IMG/VR virus record: IMGVR_UViG_3300035002_000028 | Location: 1 to 39,806 of that record | DNA length: 39,806 bases | Strand: one strand, 5' to 3' | From: a virus | Taxonomy: Duplodnaviria > Caudoviricetes | Shown: positions 1 through 8,353 of the stretch, one piece after another | Position numbering within the stretch: the stretch's first letter is position 1 | Layout: each line of letters opens with the position of its first letter | Translations under genes and position numbers: made by a program | The notes under the pieces: generated by a model | What the model was told of the DNA's origin: nothing | Database searches by the model: none | The model's input: the letters and a program-made list of their open reading frames with translations, nothing else

Positions 1-159
1 TTAGGCCTGCTTCATCATTCGGGATGCAGCATCGGTGGCCCGATCGATGGCGTTTTCGTAGGCGATACGCTTGCGCACGACATCCTTGAGCAGGTGCTGT
101 ATCCAGCACATGCGGACGATCTTGAGCGCGAGCGCAAAGGCCTCGTTCAGCGCCATCAT
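1..159 (-). CDS. Small hypothetical protein (52 aa, MMALNEAFALALK...)
   Basis: Translated by hand. The ATG at 159 overlaps the TGA of the upstream gene (ATGA) and the ORF ends with TAA at 3..1. Confidence 0.55.
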   Translation of the reverse strand: MMALNEAFALALKIVRMCWIQHLLKDVVRKRIAYENAIDRATDAASRMMKQA

Positions 160-872
160 GATCCGTGATCCGCCAGCAGCTGCTCGGCGATCTGCCGGCC
201 ACCGTGGCGCCCGAGCGGGCGGAATGACAGGCTTACGTCAGCCAGGGCGTCGCTGTCGCAGATGCCATGATCGTCAGTAATCCCGTCGAGCGACATGCCC
301 GACCCTTCGCGATCGTTGACGATCGTGCCGTCAGGCAGTTGGATGGCCAATGAGCCGATGCTCTCCTCGAGCTCGTCCCAGTCATGCGGCTGGTCCTGGA
401 TGTCCTCCTCGCCATCGTCGAGCGGCCAAGAGGACGGATCGACCAGCAGTCGGGCGGCCTGATCCAGGTTTTCCGTAAAGCCGAGACTGGGCTCAACGTC
501 ACCGTTGTGCTCGTCGGGGTCGCTGTCCTCGTCGTCTTCCGTGCCCAAGGTGTCGCGAAATACCTGTGGGCCGGTCTCTGGCCACGACAGGTCGCCGGTT
601 TCGCTTTCGTCGCCTTCGAGATCGTATTCGCCATAAGCGTTGGTGCCACCGCCGAGGCTCGGCTCATGGTCGCCGTTGTCCTCGAGGTCGCAGTCGTCCG
701 CCATGCCATCCAGCAGGCTTAGGAGGGCGGTGGCGAGAGCAAGGTGTGTTTCCACCCTGCGGGAGAGGGCCTTGCGCCAACGGCGCGGCTCTATGCCTAC
801 TGGACAGCCCGTAGGGTTGTGACGAAGCGCGTAGGCTTCGCCCTTCTTCGACAGTTCAACGTCGTGATGCAT
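156..872 (-). CDS. Highly acidic hypothetical protein with repeated NGDxEPSLG motifs
   Basis: ORF 156..884; start is either GTG 884 or ATG 872. About one third of the central ~116 aa are D/E. NGDHEPSLG and NGDVEPSLG repeats are present. Confidence 0.75.
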   Translation of the reverse strand: MHHDVELSKKGEAYALRHNPTGCPVGIEPRRWRKALSRRVETHLALATALLSLLDGMADDCDLEDNGDHEPSLGGGTNAYGEYDLEGDESETGDLSWPETGPQVFRDTLGTEDDEDSDPDEHNGDVEPSLGFTENLDQAARLLVDPSSWPLDDGEEDIQDQPHDWDELEESIGSLAIQLPDGTIVNDREGSGMSLDGITDDHGICDSDALADVSLSFRPLGRHGGRQIAEQLLADHGS

Positions 873-927
873 TTTCAGGCTCACTGGTTCCGGCTTTCCA
901 CAGCCGTCGCCCGGAGACGGACCGGGC

Positions 928-1010
928 AGCCGGGGAGTGGAAACCTGCCAGTGAGACAGGTCGGACGCTTTTAAGCCCGAGGGCTCTGGACAGCACGCCC
1001 GTCCCCGGCC
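928..1010 (-). ncRNA. c4/CI-like antisense RNA
   Basis: Outer stem GCCGGGGA/TCCCCGGC encloses the hairpin ACCTGTC-TCACT-GGCAGGT plus TTCCAC. These exposed sequences are complementary to GTGGAAA...CCAGTGA boxes at 1149..1130 and 901..881 on the same transcript. Confidence 0.7.
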
Positions 1011-1230
1011 AATAATGGCCTGGTTCGGTGCCGCGCCGCCAAGCGCGTCCGTTCGCCCCCGCCAAGGGGCAGTTCACCGCGATGCTCTCTGCCAAGGGAG
1101 CGCGAGCCCGCCAAGGCTCCACGCGGCTATCACTGGTCCGGGTTTCCACACCCACGGACACGATGAACTGATTTTCTTAACGCTTCAAGCACCACGCCCT
1201 CGCAAGGGGGCTGATGCTTGTGTTCTCCGA

Positions 1231-1752
1231 TCAATCCTCCCACTCGACATACAGCTCTCCGCCAAGCACGCGAACCATTTTCGCAGTAGCTGTGTAAGCG
1301 TTTGACTTGTGCAACGCACTCTTGCTGCCTCTTACACGCTTGAACAGGCTAGCCAGCGGGATACCCATCTCCCTGGCACGCTGACGTATGTCCAGCACCA
1401 ACGGTGACCGAGGCTCGGCGGCGGCGACCCTGCGACGGAGTATGCCCATGCCCTGACGAGCCAACTCGGCCGCCTTCACGGTGCAGCCCATGAATTGCGC
1501 GACCTCTTGATCGGTGAGCTTCTCAAAGCCGCCTTCCCGGAGAGCGCGCTTGAGAGCTGGAGACCACCTGACCTTTTTCTTGACGAGAAGAAGTGCCGCC
1601 GCGCGCTTCCGGACTCCTGAATAGGTCCGGTGCGGAAGGGCCGAGCAAATTCCTGCGTAGTCAGGATGCATCGCCCTGATGATCCGATCCTCCCAGTCTT
1701 CGTACCGCCGGCCCTTCGCGACCGACTTGGCTTTAGGCGCAATCTTCTTCAC
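1231..1752 (-). CDS. Hypothetical DNA-binding protein (tandem Myb/HTH-like repeats), paralog of 1749..2336
   Basis: GTG at 1752 overlaps the upstream TGA (GTGA) with GGAGAG just upstream. Shares PDY, RT, RAR, VRG and LGGxL..W motifs with its neighbour. Confidence 0.7.
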   Translation of the reverse strand: MKKIAPKAKSVAKGRRYEDWEDRIIRAMHPDYAGICSALPHRTYSGVRKRAAALLLVKKKVRWSPALKRALREGGFEKLTDQEVAQFMGCTVKAAELARQGMGILRRRVAAAEPRSPLVLDIRQRAREMGIPLASLFKRVRGSKSALHKSNAYTATAKMVRVLGGELYVEWED

Positions 1753-2336
1753 GCTCTCCACCGAGCACGCAAATGACCGCCAAGGGCGTGCACGGCGCTG
1801 CCGTGGAGTGAATCGTTGAAGCCACCGTGCCGCCACCCCCGCTTCTGAAAATAACCGCGCCCGCGAACCTGCCGATCCAGATCGCCAAGTGTCCAGTCCT
1901 TCCGCCGGGCGCGTTCTAGGATCTGGTCGAGCAACAGGCAGCCAGTCGGGCGTAGGGGCCGCTTCGGCCGTCGGTAGCCGTCCTTGTGGGCACGAGCACA
2001 GATCGCCTTCCATGTTCTGCCCGGAAGAGCGTCGGTTATCTCAATCTTCGATGTGTGAGGGAACAGCCGGTGGAGTCTCAGAATCTCGTTGTCGGTCCAC
2101 GATCGGCCACGTGGTGACGTGATCCCCATGCGTTGCGCCTTGCCGTAATGCGCCGATCGGGTGCGCCGGATGTTGAGGACCATCACGGCTGGATAATCAG
2201 GGTAGCCGTGGAAGAGGTTGCTCGCTTCCACCCCGTTCCAAAGTCGATGTCCGTTTGGAGTGAAGCCGCGGAGCATCATCAGCCGCCGGCTGTTCTCAGC
2301 AGAAATGGCGCCGCGCGCGAAGTGCCTGAGACTCAT
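1749..2336 (-). CDS. Hypothetical DNA-binding protein (tandem Myb/HTH-like repeats)
   Basis: 195 aa basic ORF with a GGGGAG RBS and WTDNE...LPGRT-type helical repeats. Confidence 0.7.
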   Translation of the reverse strand: MSLRHFARGAISAENSRRLMMLRGFTPNGHRLWNGVEASNLFHGYPDYPAVMVLNIRRTRSAHYGKAQRMGITSPRGRSWTDNEILRLHRLFPHTSKIEITDALPGRTWKAICARAHKDGYRRPKRPLRPTGCLLLDQILERARRKDWTLGDLDRQVRGRGYFQKRGWRHGGFNDSLHGSAVHALGGHLRARWRA

Positions 2337-2437
2337 CTCCCCGCCTCCCTGCTGCTAAGCTCTGCTTTCGGGCGGTATTGCGATACGGCTCCTGATGCCC
2401 TTTCCTCTGTTTTCTGATTGAGACCGAAAGGCCGAAA

Positions 2438-2731
2438 TTGCTCCCCGACAGTTCGGATGTTCGCAAAGTGGTTGCCGATCTACTACGGATCGCCAGAGTC
2501 GCGATGCCTCCGCATCTGCAGGCACAGGACATCCGCATTGTTGCCGCCGAGCAGTTGCTGGCCGCCCTCGACGCCCCGCCCGATTCCGATATCGCGGAAG
2601 GACTGGAGCTATTCCTGCAGGAAGATTTCGCGCCGGCTACGAAGTCGGAGGCGGTAACGGCGATCCTTCGTGATTGGCTGATTGGGCATGGCTACCTCGT
2701 GCCGGTGCCGGCGATAGAGGATCGGCACTAG
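2438..2731 (+). CDS. Hypothetical protein
   Basis: 97 aa ORF with protein-like composition directly upstream of SRAP. TTG start uncertain. Confidence 0.55.
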   Translation: MLPDSSDVRKVVADLLRIARVAMPPHLQAQDIRIVAAEQLLAALDAPPDSDIAEGLELFLQEDFAPATKSEAVTAILRDWLIGHGYLVPVPAIEDRH

Positions 2732-2768
2732 CTTGCCACCAGGCCGCCGGGCCGGATAGCGTCCGCCC

Positions 2769-3581
2769 ATGTGCCACGCCTATTCTATCACCACCAATGT
2801 CGAAGCCATCCGGCAGATGGTGCAGACCATTTTCCGGTTCGATGTGGCGGCCAACATCGGCAATCTTGCGCCACAGACCGGCGTCTACCCGGACATGCTG
2901 GCGCCAATCATCCGGAACCGGCCGGGGCTTGATCGCGAGCTGGTCAAGGTTCGCTGGGGGATGCCGACCTCATCCCAAGCCCTGTACCAGGCGGCGCAGG
3001 CTCGCGCGGACAAGATAGCGAAGAAGCAGGGCCGCGACCTCACTGCGGAGGAGTTCGCCGCGTTGCTGCGAATGGAGCCCGACCGCGGCACCCACAACGT
3101 GCGGAACACCAAGAGCCCCCATTGGAAACGATGGCTGGCGCCCGAGTTTCGGACTCTGGTGCCGTTCACGAGCTTTGCGGAGTTTAGCAATCAGATCGGC
3201 CCAGACGGCATGAAGCTCGGCAACACCTGGATCGCCTTCGACGACAGCCGGCCGCTGGCGTTCTTCGCGGGCATCTTCGCGCCGCAGTGGACCAGTGTGC
3301 GGAAGACCTCGGAGGGCATGATCACCACCGACCTCTTTGCGTTCCTCACCACCGAGCCAAATGACATCGTCGCTGGCATCAACCCGGACTCAATGCCAGT
3401 GATCCTCAGAACGCCCGAAGAGATCGAGATCTGGATGACGGCCCCATGGGAGGAGGCGCAGAAGCTACAGCGGCCGTTGCCCGACGGCGTGCTGCAGATC
3501 GTGTCGATCGGGAATAAGGAAGACCCGCCGGAGCAGCCGCTGCCCCCGCCGACGAGCGATCCGCAGCAATCGCTGTTCTAA
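2769..3581 (+). CDS. SOS response-associated peptidase (SRAP/YedK/HMCES family, abasic-site protection)
   Basis: N-terminal M-C (Cys2), RWG, HNVRN, F.E, FAGI, FAFLTTEPN and MPVIL motifs. Confidence 0.92.
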   Translation: MCHAYSITTNVEAIRQMVQTIFRFDVAANIGNLAPQTGVYPDMLAPIIRNRPGLDRELVKVRWGMPTSSQALYQAAQARADKIAKKQGRDLTAEEFAALLRMEPDRGTHNVRNTKSPHWKRWLAPEFRTLVPFTSFAEFSNQIGPDGMKLGNTWIAFDDSRPLAFFAGIFAPQWTSVRKTSEGMITTDLFAFLTTEPNDIVAGINPDSMPVILRTPEEIEIWMTAPWEEAQKLQRPLPDGVLQIVSIGNKEDPPEQPLPPPTSDPQQSLF

Positions 3582-3802
3582 CCGAAGTCGTAGGGCCTCC
3601 GGGCTCGTCGCCGCTCCTTGGCCTTCCTGGCTTTCTCGATCGCGGCCTTCACTCGCTGATCTTCCCGCCAGGCGCTTGAGCCTTCTATGGCGCGGTCACG
3701 AGCTCGTATTTCGAGAGCATGCGCCGTCGCTTCTTCCACTGTTGTGGTCACGATGCTCATGCTGTGGGCACCGCCAGGGGCGCCATAGGTTTCCTTGGCC
3801 AT
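3578..3802 (-). CDS. Hypothetical protein
   Basis: 74 aa ORF with a GGAG RBS, convergent on SRAP. Confidence 0.5.
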   Translation of the reverse strand: MAKETYGAPGGAHSMSIVTTTVEEATAHALEIRARDRAIEGSSAWREDQRVKAAIEKARKAKERRRARRPYDFG

Positions 3803-3920
3803 GATTGAACTCCAATTGCTCTGGAGTTCCGAACGCTATGGGCCGGTCTGAGACCTGTGCAAGCCACGAGGGGTTGTGGGCCCTTCGGACGGAACACTAC
3901 CATGCTTGCGAGAGGACCAA

Positions 3921-4178
3921 ATGGAACCGCAGATCAAACCGACCAAATTGATTGTTGCCATGGCGTTCGTCCGTGACGAAGAAGGCGAGCTGCGTCCCGC
4001 TTTCGAGCCCCGGGAAATGCAGAGCGAGGAGCGGGCTGGGCGAGAATCCCGGCTTTGGGCCGGTTCTGGCAAGTATGTCGGTGCAATTGCCTGGTCGCGG
4101 TCTGCCGACTTGACCAACGGGGTGTTTGGCGACCCGGAAGTAATCTTCCAGTGGGGCGCCATCCCCGACATGGAGTAG
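3921..4178 (+). CDS. Hypothetical protein (small rhizobial-type family, GAIAWSR motif)
   Basis: GAGGA RBS before ATG 3921; 85 aa. Confidence 0.7.
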   Translation: MEPQIKPTKLIVAMAFVRDEEGELRPAFEPREMQSEERAGRESRLWAGSGKYVGAIAWSRSADLTNGVFGDPEVIFQWGAIPDME

Positions 4179-4183
4179 CGAGC

Positions 4184-4387
4184 CTATTCAGGCTTTCTGC
4201 GCTCCCGCAGTCGCGCCACTACCGATGGTGGCAGATCAGGGAGCTTGGCGATGATGTCTTCGATCAGCTCACTTTCAGTCATCGGGTGCTCGCCGGTTAT
4301 GAGGCTACGGCTCCGTTTGATCGCCGGTCCGATGGTCTCGCGGACACTCGGTGCCGGCGGTTTGTGGGCCACCTGAGGCTCGCGCAT
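4184..4387 (-). CDS. Small hypothetical protein
   Basis: ATG 4387 overlaps the upstream TAA (TAATG). Alternative start at 4282. Confidence 0.35.
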   Translation of the reverse strand: MREPQVAHKPPAPSVRETIGPAIKRSRSLITGEHPMTESELIEDIIAKLPDLPPSVVARLRERRKPE

Positions 4388-4629
4388 TAATGCCACCGGT
4401 CCGCGTCTAGCGGGTTTCGCCGCTGCATTTCCTGCTCGTAGATTTCGAGCGCCAGTGGGCTCTCGATGATTTCGAGCAGCCGGTTGATGGTTTCCTCGCG
4501 GCTGATGCCGCTGTCAGGCGGCAGACAGTCGTAGAGCACGTCCGAGACCATCACGACGACGTCGTCGGCGCTGGCCGGCTGGCGGCCGAGCTTGGCCTCG
4601 GCCTCAGAGTATCGTTGTGTTTGGGGCAT
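4387..4629 (-). CDS. Hypothetical protein
   Basis: Strong GAGGAGG RBS inside the end of the ligase gene; ATG 4629; 80 aa. Confidence 0.65.
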   Translation of the reverse strand: MPQTQRYSEAEAKLGRQPASADDVVVMVSDVLYDCLPPDSGISREETINRLLEIIESPLALEIYEQEMQRRNPLDADRWH

Positions 4630-5638
4630 CTTCGGCCTCCTCAAGGTGGACCTCGGAGGCTGGTTTGTCGTCTCTGAGGCCCTTGAACGATGGATGGCGG
4701 ATATGGCCATCCGGGGTGATCTCGGTGTATTCGACTTCGGCAAGCAGCCGCGGCTCGACCCAGCGAGCGACGCGCATCTCGCTGCGTGGCATGCCCACTA
4801 CCTGCGGGCGCTCATCGGTGCGGATCAGCTGCAAAACTTCCCAGACGTCGCGCCGCAGCTTGTCGGTGAAGCCGGTTCCCACGCCGCCGCGGTAGACGAG
4901 TTTGCCGTGCTCATAGGTTGCGAGGAACAGGCCGCGGACATTGTCGACGCCATAGTCAGGTGGGCGCCAGCCAATGACCACGAACTCCTGGCGCTGCACG
5001 CATTTGATCTTCTGCCAGGTGCTCGACCGGTCGCCGCCGTAGTACCGGGCATTGATCGCCTTCGCGATGACGCCCTCGTGGCCGCCCTCGCACATCGCTC
5101 GAAAGACGGCTTCCCCGTCACCGACGATGTGATCGGAATAGGCGATCGGGGCGTCGTCCGGTAGATCGGCCAGCAGCGCCTCAAGCCGGACTTTGCGCTC
5201 GAGCTGGGGCAGCGGCGCCAGATCCTCGCCGTCCTGCTCCAGCAGGTCGAAGGCGTAGAATACTACTGGCCTCTGGCCGTCGAGACTGTTCTTGAGTAGG
5301 GTGAAGTTTGTCCGGCCGTGCTCGTCGATGGCGCAGAGTTCGCCGTCAATCAGGGCCGTTCCCTTGGTGAGCCGCGACAGCGCCGGCGCGACATAGCCAA
5401 ACTGCTGCGTCCAGTCGTGACCATTGCGGGTATAGAGCCTCACCTGGGCGCCAGCGATGGCTGCCTGCATCCGGTAGCCGTCGAGCTTCATCTCAAACAG
5501 CCAGTTGTTCCCGGCCGGGACGCGTCGCTCGAGCGTCGCAAGCTGCGGCGGGCGAAACTTGGGAAGGATGAGCGGGGTAGATTCCGAGTCCCTGCGGCCT
5601 GGCCGCTTCGTGCGGGGAGCGGCCTTTACGGCCGACAT
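4604..5638 (-). CDS. ligD: ATP-dependent DNA ligase, stand-alone LigD ligase domain (NHEJ type)
   Basis: PQLATL, EMKLDGYR (motif I KxDG), IDGEL, YAFDLL, EGVIAK, WQKIK, VGTGF, VEYTEIT and RHPSFKGLR motifs. No polymerase or PE domain. Confidence 0.93.
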   Translation of the reverse strand: MSAVKAAPRTKRPGRRDSESTPLILPKFRPPQLATLERRVPAGNNWLFEMKLDGYRMQAAIAGAQVRLYTRNGHDWTQQFGYVAPALSRLTKGTALIDGELCAIDEHGRTNFTLLKNSLDGQRPVVFYAFDLLEQDGEDLAPLPQLERKVRLEALLADLPDDAPIAYSDHIVGDGEAVFRAMCEGGHEGVIAKAINARYYGGDRSSTWQKIKCVQRQEFVVIGWRPPDYGVDNVRGLFLATYEHGKLVYRGGVGTGFTDKLRRDVWEVLQLIRTDERPQVVGMPRSEMRVARWVEPRLLAEVEYTEITPDGHIRHPSFKGLRDDKPASEVHLEEAEDAPNTTIL

Positions 5639-5664
5639 GGGGAACTCGGATACATGGCGGATTC

Positions 5665-5689
5665 AATACCACCAGTCAGTGTTGGTTCC
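5665..5689 (-). promoter_or_regulatory. Putative general-stress ECF sigma (EcfG/RpoE2) promoter of the ligase gene
   Basis: GGAAC-N18-TT ending 27 nt before the ATG. Confidence 0.55.
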
Positions 5690-6235
5690 AAAGCAGGAGA
5701 ACCTGCAATTTGGCTGAGAGACGTGCTCAGGTGCCTGTAAGCGAAGATCCGCTACGACTGGATCACTCGGCTGATTAACCCACAGACCGACGCGGCGGCA
5801 CCGCGAATGACCTCCATCCACGCCCCCACAGCGGTGCCGCCACCCCCGTCTCTCGATCAAGCCTGCACTTGGCCGGCAGGATCAGGATCGTGGCGCCTCT
5901 TCCGAGGATGAATTTTCCTAGGTGATTAGGCTCGGCGTGCCCATATGTAGGGCAGGCGGGTCAAACACTCGCCCCTCAGCCATCTCCTCGTGTCCGCTTG
6001 AGATGACTGCGCCGCCCCGTTCGTGGGCAACCAGCCGACACGAAAGTCTCCTCATGATCAGCGATAGCCGCAAGGCAAAACGCGATAGTTTCGCCGCCCA
6101 GCGAGCACAGCGGTGTTTCGCCAGCGCGCCCCCTGTTGGGCTGGGTGTCCTGAATGACCGGCCGACAACCACCACATCGCAGAGGCGCCGCCTCGTCCGC
6201 GACGGGTTGACCGGCCTTACCGCCTCAGGTGCCAA

Positions 6236-6526
6236 TTGAGCCAGTGGCACGCCCACCTCGACCAGGCAGAACTAGGCCGCGGCGCTCAACTGACGGTGCT
6301 TTCGGACCACATGGTAGTGCGTCTGATCACGTCGGACACGCTCTCGATCGAGCGACCCGACGGGCAGCGGTTCTCGGCGCTCGTCCTCGACCGCACGGCG
6401 GCCAGCATCAGCTTGGTCCTGGGGGATGGCCGCCAGGTATCACTGCGGCTGTGGCTCGATGAGACCTTGAGCCCCGGACCCGATCCCGATGTGCCGTTTT
6501 CGCGCCAGAAGTGGATCATCAATTGA
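6236..6526 (+). CDS. Hypothetical protein
   Basis: 96 aa ORF with protein-like beta-rich sequence; TTG start. Confidence 0.55.
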   Translation: MSQWHAHLDQAELGRGAQLTVLSDHMVVRLITSDTLSIERPDGQRFSALVLDRTAASISLVLGDGRQVSLRLWLDETLSPGPDPDVPFSRQKWIIN

Positions 6527-6607
6527 ACGTCGCACGTGGCGCGCAGGTCAGGGTCACCAATACCGCCGGTCGTTTCCAGCGCCTAACCTATTGAGGAGGA
6601 ACATCCT

Positions 6608-7030
6608 ATGACGCCCGAACGCTTGCAGGAGTGCCTGCGCCTGGTACGCTGGGGGAAAGATACCCTAGCGGAAGCCATTGATGTCCCTTCCGAAGCGGTA
6701 ACCGCATGGTTGGCCGGTACCGAAAACGTCCCGCGCAAAGTCGGAGCCTGGATCGAAGCTCTTTGCTTTGTCCATGAAGCCGCCGAAGAGTCGATACCGG
6801 CGACGGCGGGCGAAGGATATGGCTCCGGCCCTACGCACGAGTTCATTCCGGTATACTCCTACAATCTACTTCGGAACCTCAACGCCGGGGCTGTTCCGTT
6901 GAAGCAGCTGTTCGGAAGCGACGATGAGGGGGCGGTCTTCTTTCTTGTGTCTCGCGGTCTCGCCTCGCGGGACGGCGCAAACCTGACAATCACGGATGCC
7001 GGTCGTTCAGTCGGGTCCATGAAGGTCTAA
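6608..7030 (+). CDS. XRE-like HTH domain protein
   Basis: GAGGAGG RBS. MTPERL...LAEAIDV...VTAWLAG...VP is an HTH pattern; the C-terminus is possibly a winged helix. Confidence 0.75.
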   Translation: MTPERLQECLRLVRWGKDTLAEAIDVPSEAVTAWLAGTENVPRKVGAWIEALCFVHEAAEESIPATAGEGYGSGPTHEFIPVYSYNLLRNLNAGAVPLKQLFGSDDEGAVFFLVSRGLASRDGANLTITDAGRSVGSMKV

Positions 7031-7060
7031 ACCGTTCCCCAGTGAGGCTCGGAGCGACGT

Positions 7061-7297
7061 ATGCAGAAGTTTTACTTCGACTCCAGCGACGGTGCCATCG
7101 CGCATGTGGACAAGGTCGGTGCCAATTTCATAGACCGCTATCGCGCCCTGGCAGCGGCGACCCGCACCATGGGCGAGATGTGCCGGGACTATATGCCCAC
7201 CGAAGACGGGGACGGAGCCCTTCAGATGACGGTCAGGACCACGACGGGTCGTGTGTACGAGCTTGCTGTCACCTTCTCGGTTCGGTCCTTCGACTAA
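7061..7297 (+). CDS. DUF6894-like small protein
   Basis: GGAG RBS. MxKFYFD..DG...D..G pattern is typical of this alphaproteobacterial family (recognised by eye). Confidence 0.7.
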   Translation: MQKFYFDSSDGAIAHVDKVGANFIDRYRALAAATRTMGEMCRDYMPTEDGDGALQMTVRTTTGRVYELAVTFSVRSFD

Positions 7298-7360
7298 AGC
7301 CCTGCAGCTCCTGATGCCTGAGCGCACGCGAAGCGAAGACGAGCCGCGGCGAGCCAGCCG

Positions 7361-7663
7361 CTACGGAGCCGTTTTGGCAGAGTCCCGCAAGCGATCCGAC
7401 ACAGTCGCAATCAGTTCATCGAGAGAGTAGGCGCGCCCGGCGCCGTCAATGATGCCGACCAGCTCACCACCGGCAAGGCGGATTTCGGCGTGGGCTTGGA
7501 TTACTCCCTGGGCAGTGTCGGCAAGACGTTCTGCCGCGCCGCTGAACATGCGGTAACGCAACACAAAAGACACGAGGAGCCCTCCAGGCCCGTCGTCAGC
7601 CTTGGCCGCTTCTATTTCACCTTGAGGAATCTTCTGCATCACGTCAGCGTGTGCTTGGGCCAA
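7361..7663 (-). CDS. Hypothetical protein
   Basis: 100 aa ORF; start uncertain. Confidence 0.5.
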   Translation of the reverse strand: MAQAHADVMQKIPQGEIEAAKADDGPGGLLVSFVLRYRMFSGAAERLADTAQGVIQAHAEIRLAGGELVGIIDGAGRAYSLDELIATVSDRLRDSAKTAP

Positions 7664-7683
7664 AATTCGCGAAATCGAACAAT

Positions 7684-7716
7684 AAAAGCCCCAGTTTCCT
7701 CCAAGAAACCGGGGCT
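7684..7716 (-). terminator. Intrinsic terminator
   Basis: AGCCCCGGTTTC/GAAACTGGGGCT stem followed by TTTTATT on the minus strand. Confidence 0.65.
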
Positions 7717-8067
7717 CTCCAGCATAGCAGGGGTCGCATGCTATTGCCGGCCCTCTCTCAAGAGCCGCTTGGTATGATGTAGATATAGGCTGCTAGCAAG
7801 CCATTTATTGTCTTATCTTTGTTGGTGAGTTCACGAGGGCCTAGCAACCGTCGGCAGCGAGGCTCGACGCCAGTGCCACCGGGCGGAGCCTCTCTCCCTT
7901 GGGGGAGGCTCGCCTGAAGTGCAGGCGGGTAAGCCGCCGAAACCGACTGAGGTCCGACCCAGCCACGTTTGGAGCGGGCTGGTCCACGAACACGATGCGC
8001 CTTTTCCCCGACTAATGCCAGCGATCCCTGCCAAACGGGCAACCTCCGTTCTGGCTGGTCAACGGAC

Positions 8068-8274
8068 CTAGCGTCGAGCCTTGATGAACCCTCGCCGCTC
8101 GAGCCACGCGACGCCGCGCTGAGTGATGTGCACGCGCTTCTTGTCGCCGCCCATGATCAGCCGCTCGTCCCACAGCACCTGAAACTCGGGCCGGTCTTCG
8201 ATCGGAGAGCCGACCTCTTTGCTCAGCCGGATCAGCTCGTCGATTGCGATCTGGGGAAGGTCATAGTCCTGCAT
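8068..8274 (-). CDS. Small hypothetical protein (winged-helix-like end, ITQRG..WL)
   Basis: 68 aa ORF. Confidence 0.55.
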   Translation of the reverse strand: MQDYDLPQIAIDELIRLSKEVGSPIEDRPEFQVLWDERLIMGGDKKRVHITQRGVAWLERRGFIKARR

Positions 8275-8303
8275 GTCGGTGGCCTAGCAGATTCCCGAAA
8301 TGC

Positions 8304-8337
8304 AAAAAGCCCCGACCTCCGATTGCGAGGCCGGGGC
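8304..8337 (-). terminator. Intrinsic terminator after the secreted-protein gene
   Basis: GCCCCGGCCTC/GAGGTCGGGGC stem followed by TTTTT. Confidence 0.75.
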
Positions 8338-8353
8338 GGGGTGCATCGTCAGA

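Noticed and set aside
1753-2013. N-terminal extension of ORF 1231..2013
   Set aside because: Overlaps the upstream paralog. GTG 1752 with RBS and GTGA coupling is the better start.
5700-6235. Several overlapping short ORFs (5663..5860, 5918..6256, 5922..6239)
   Set aside because: No RBS or motif support and conflicting frames. Left unannotated.
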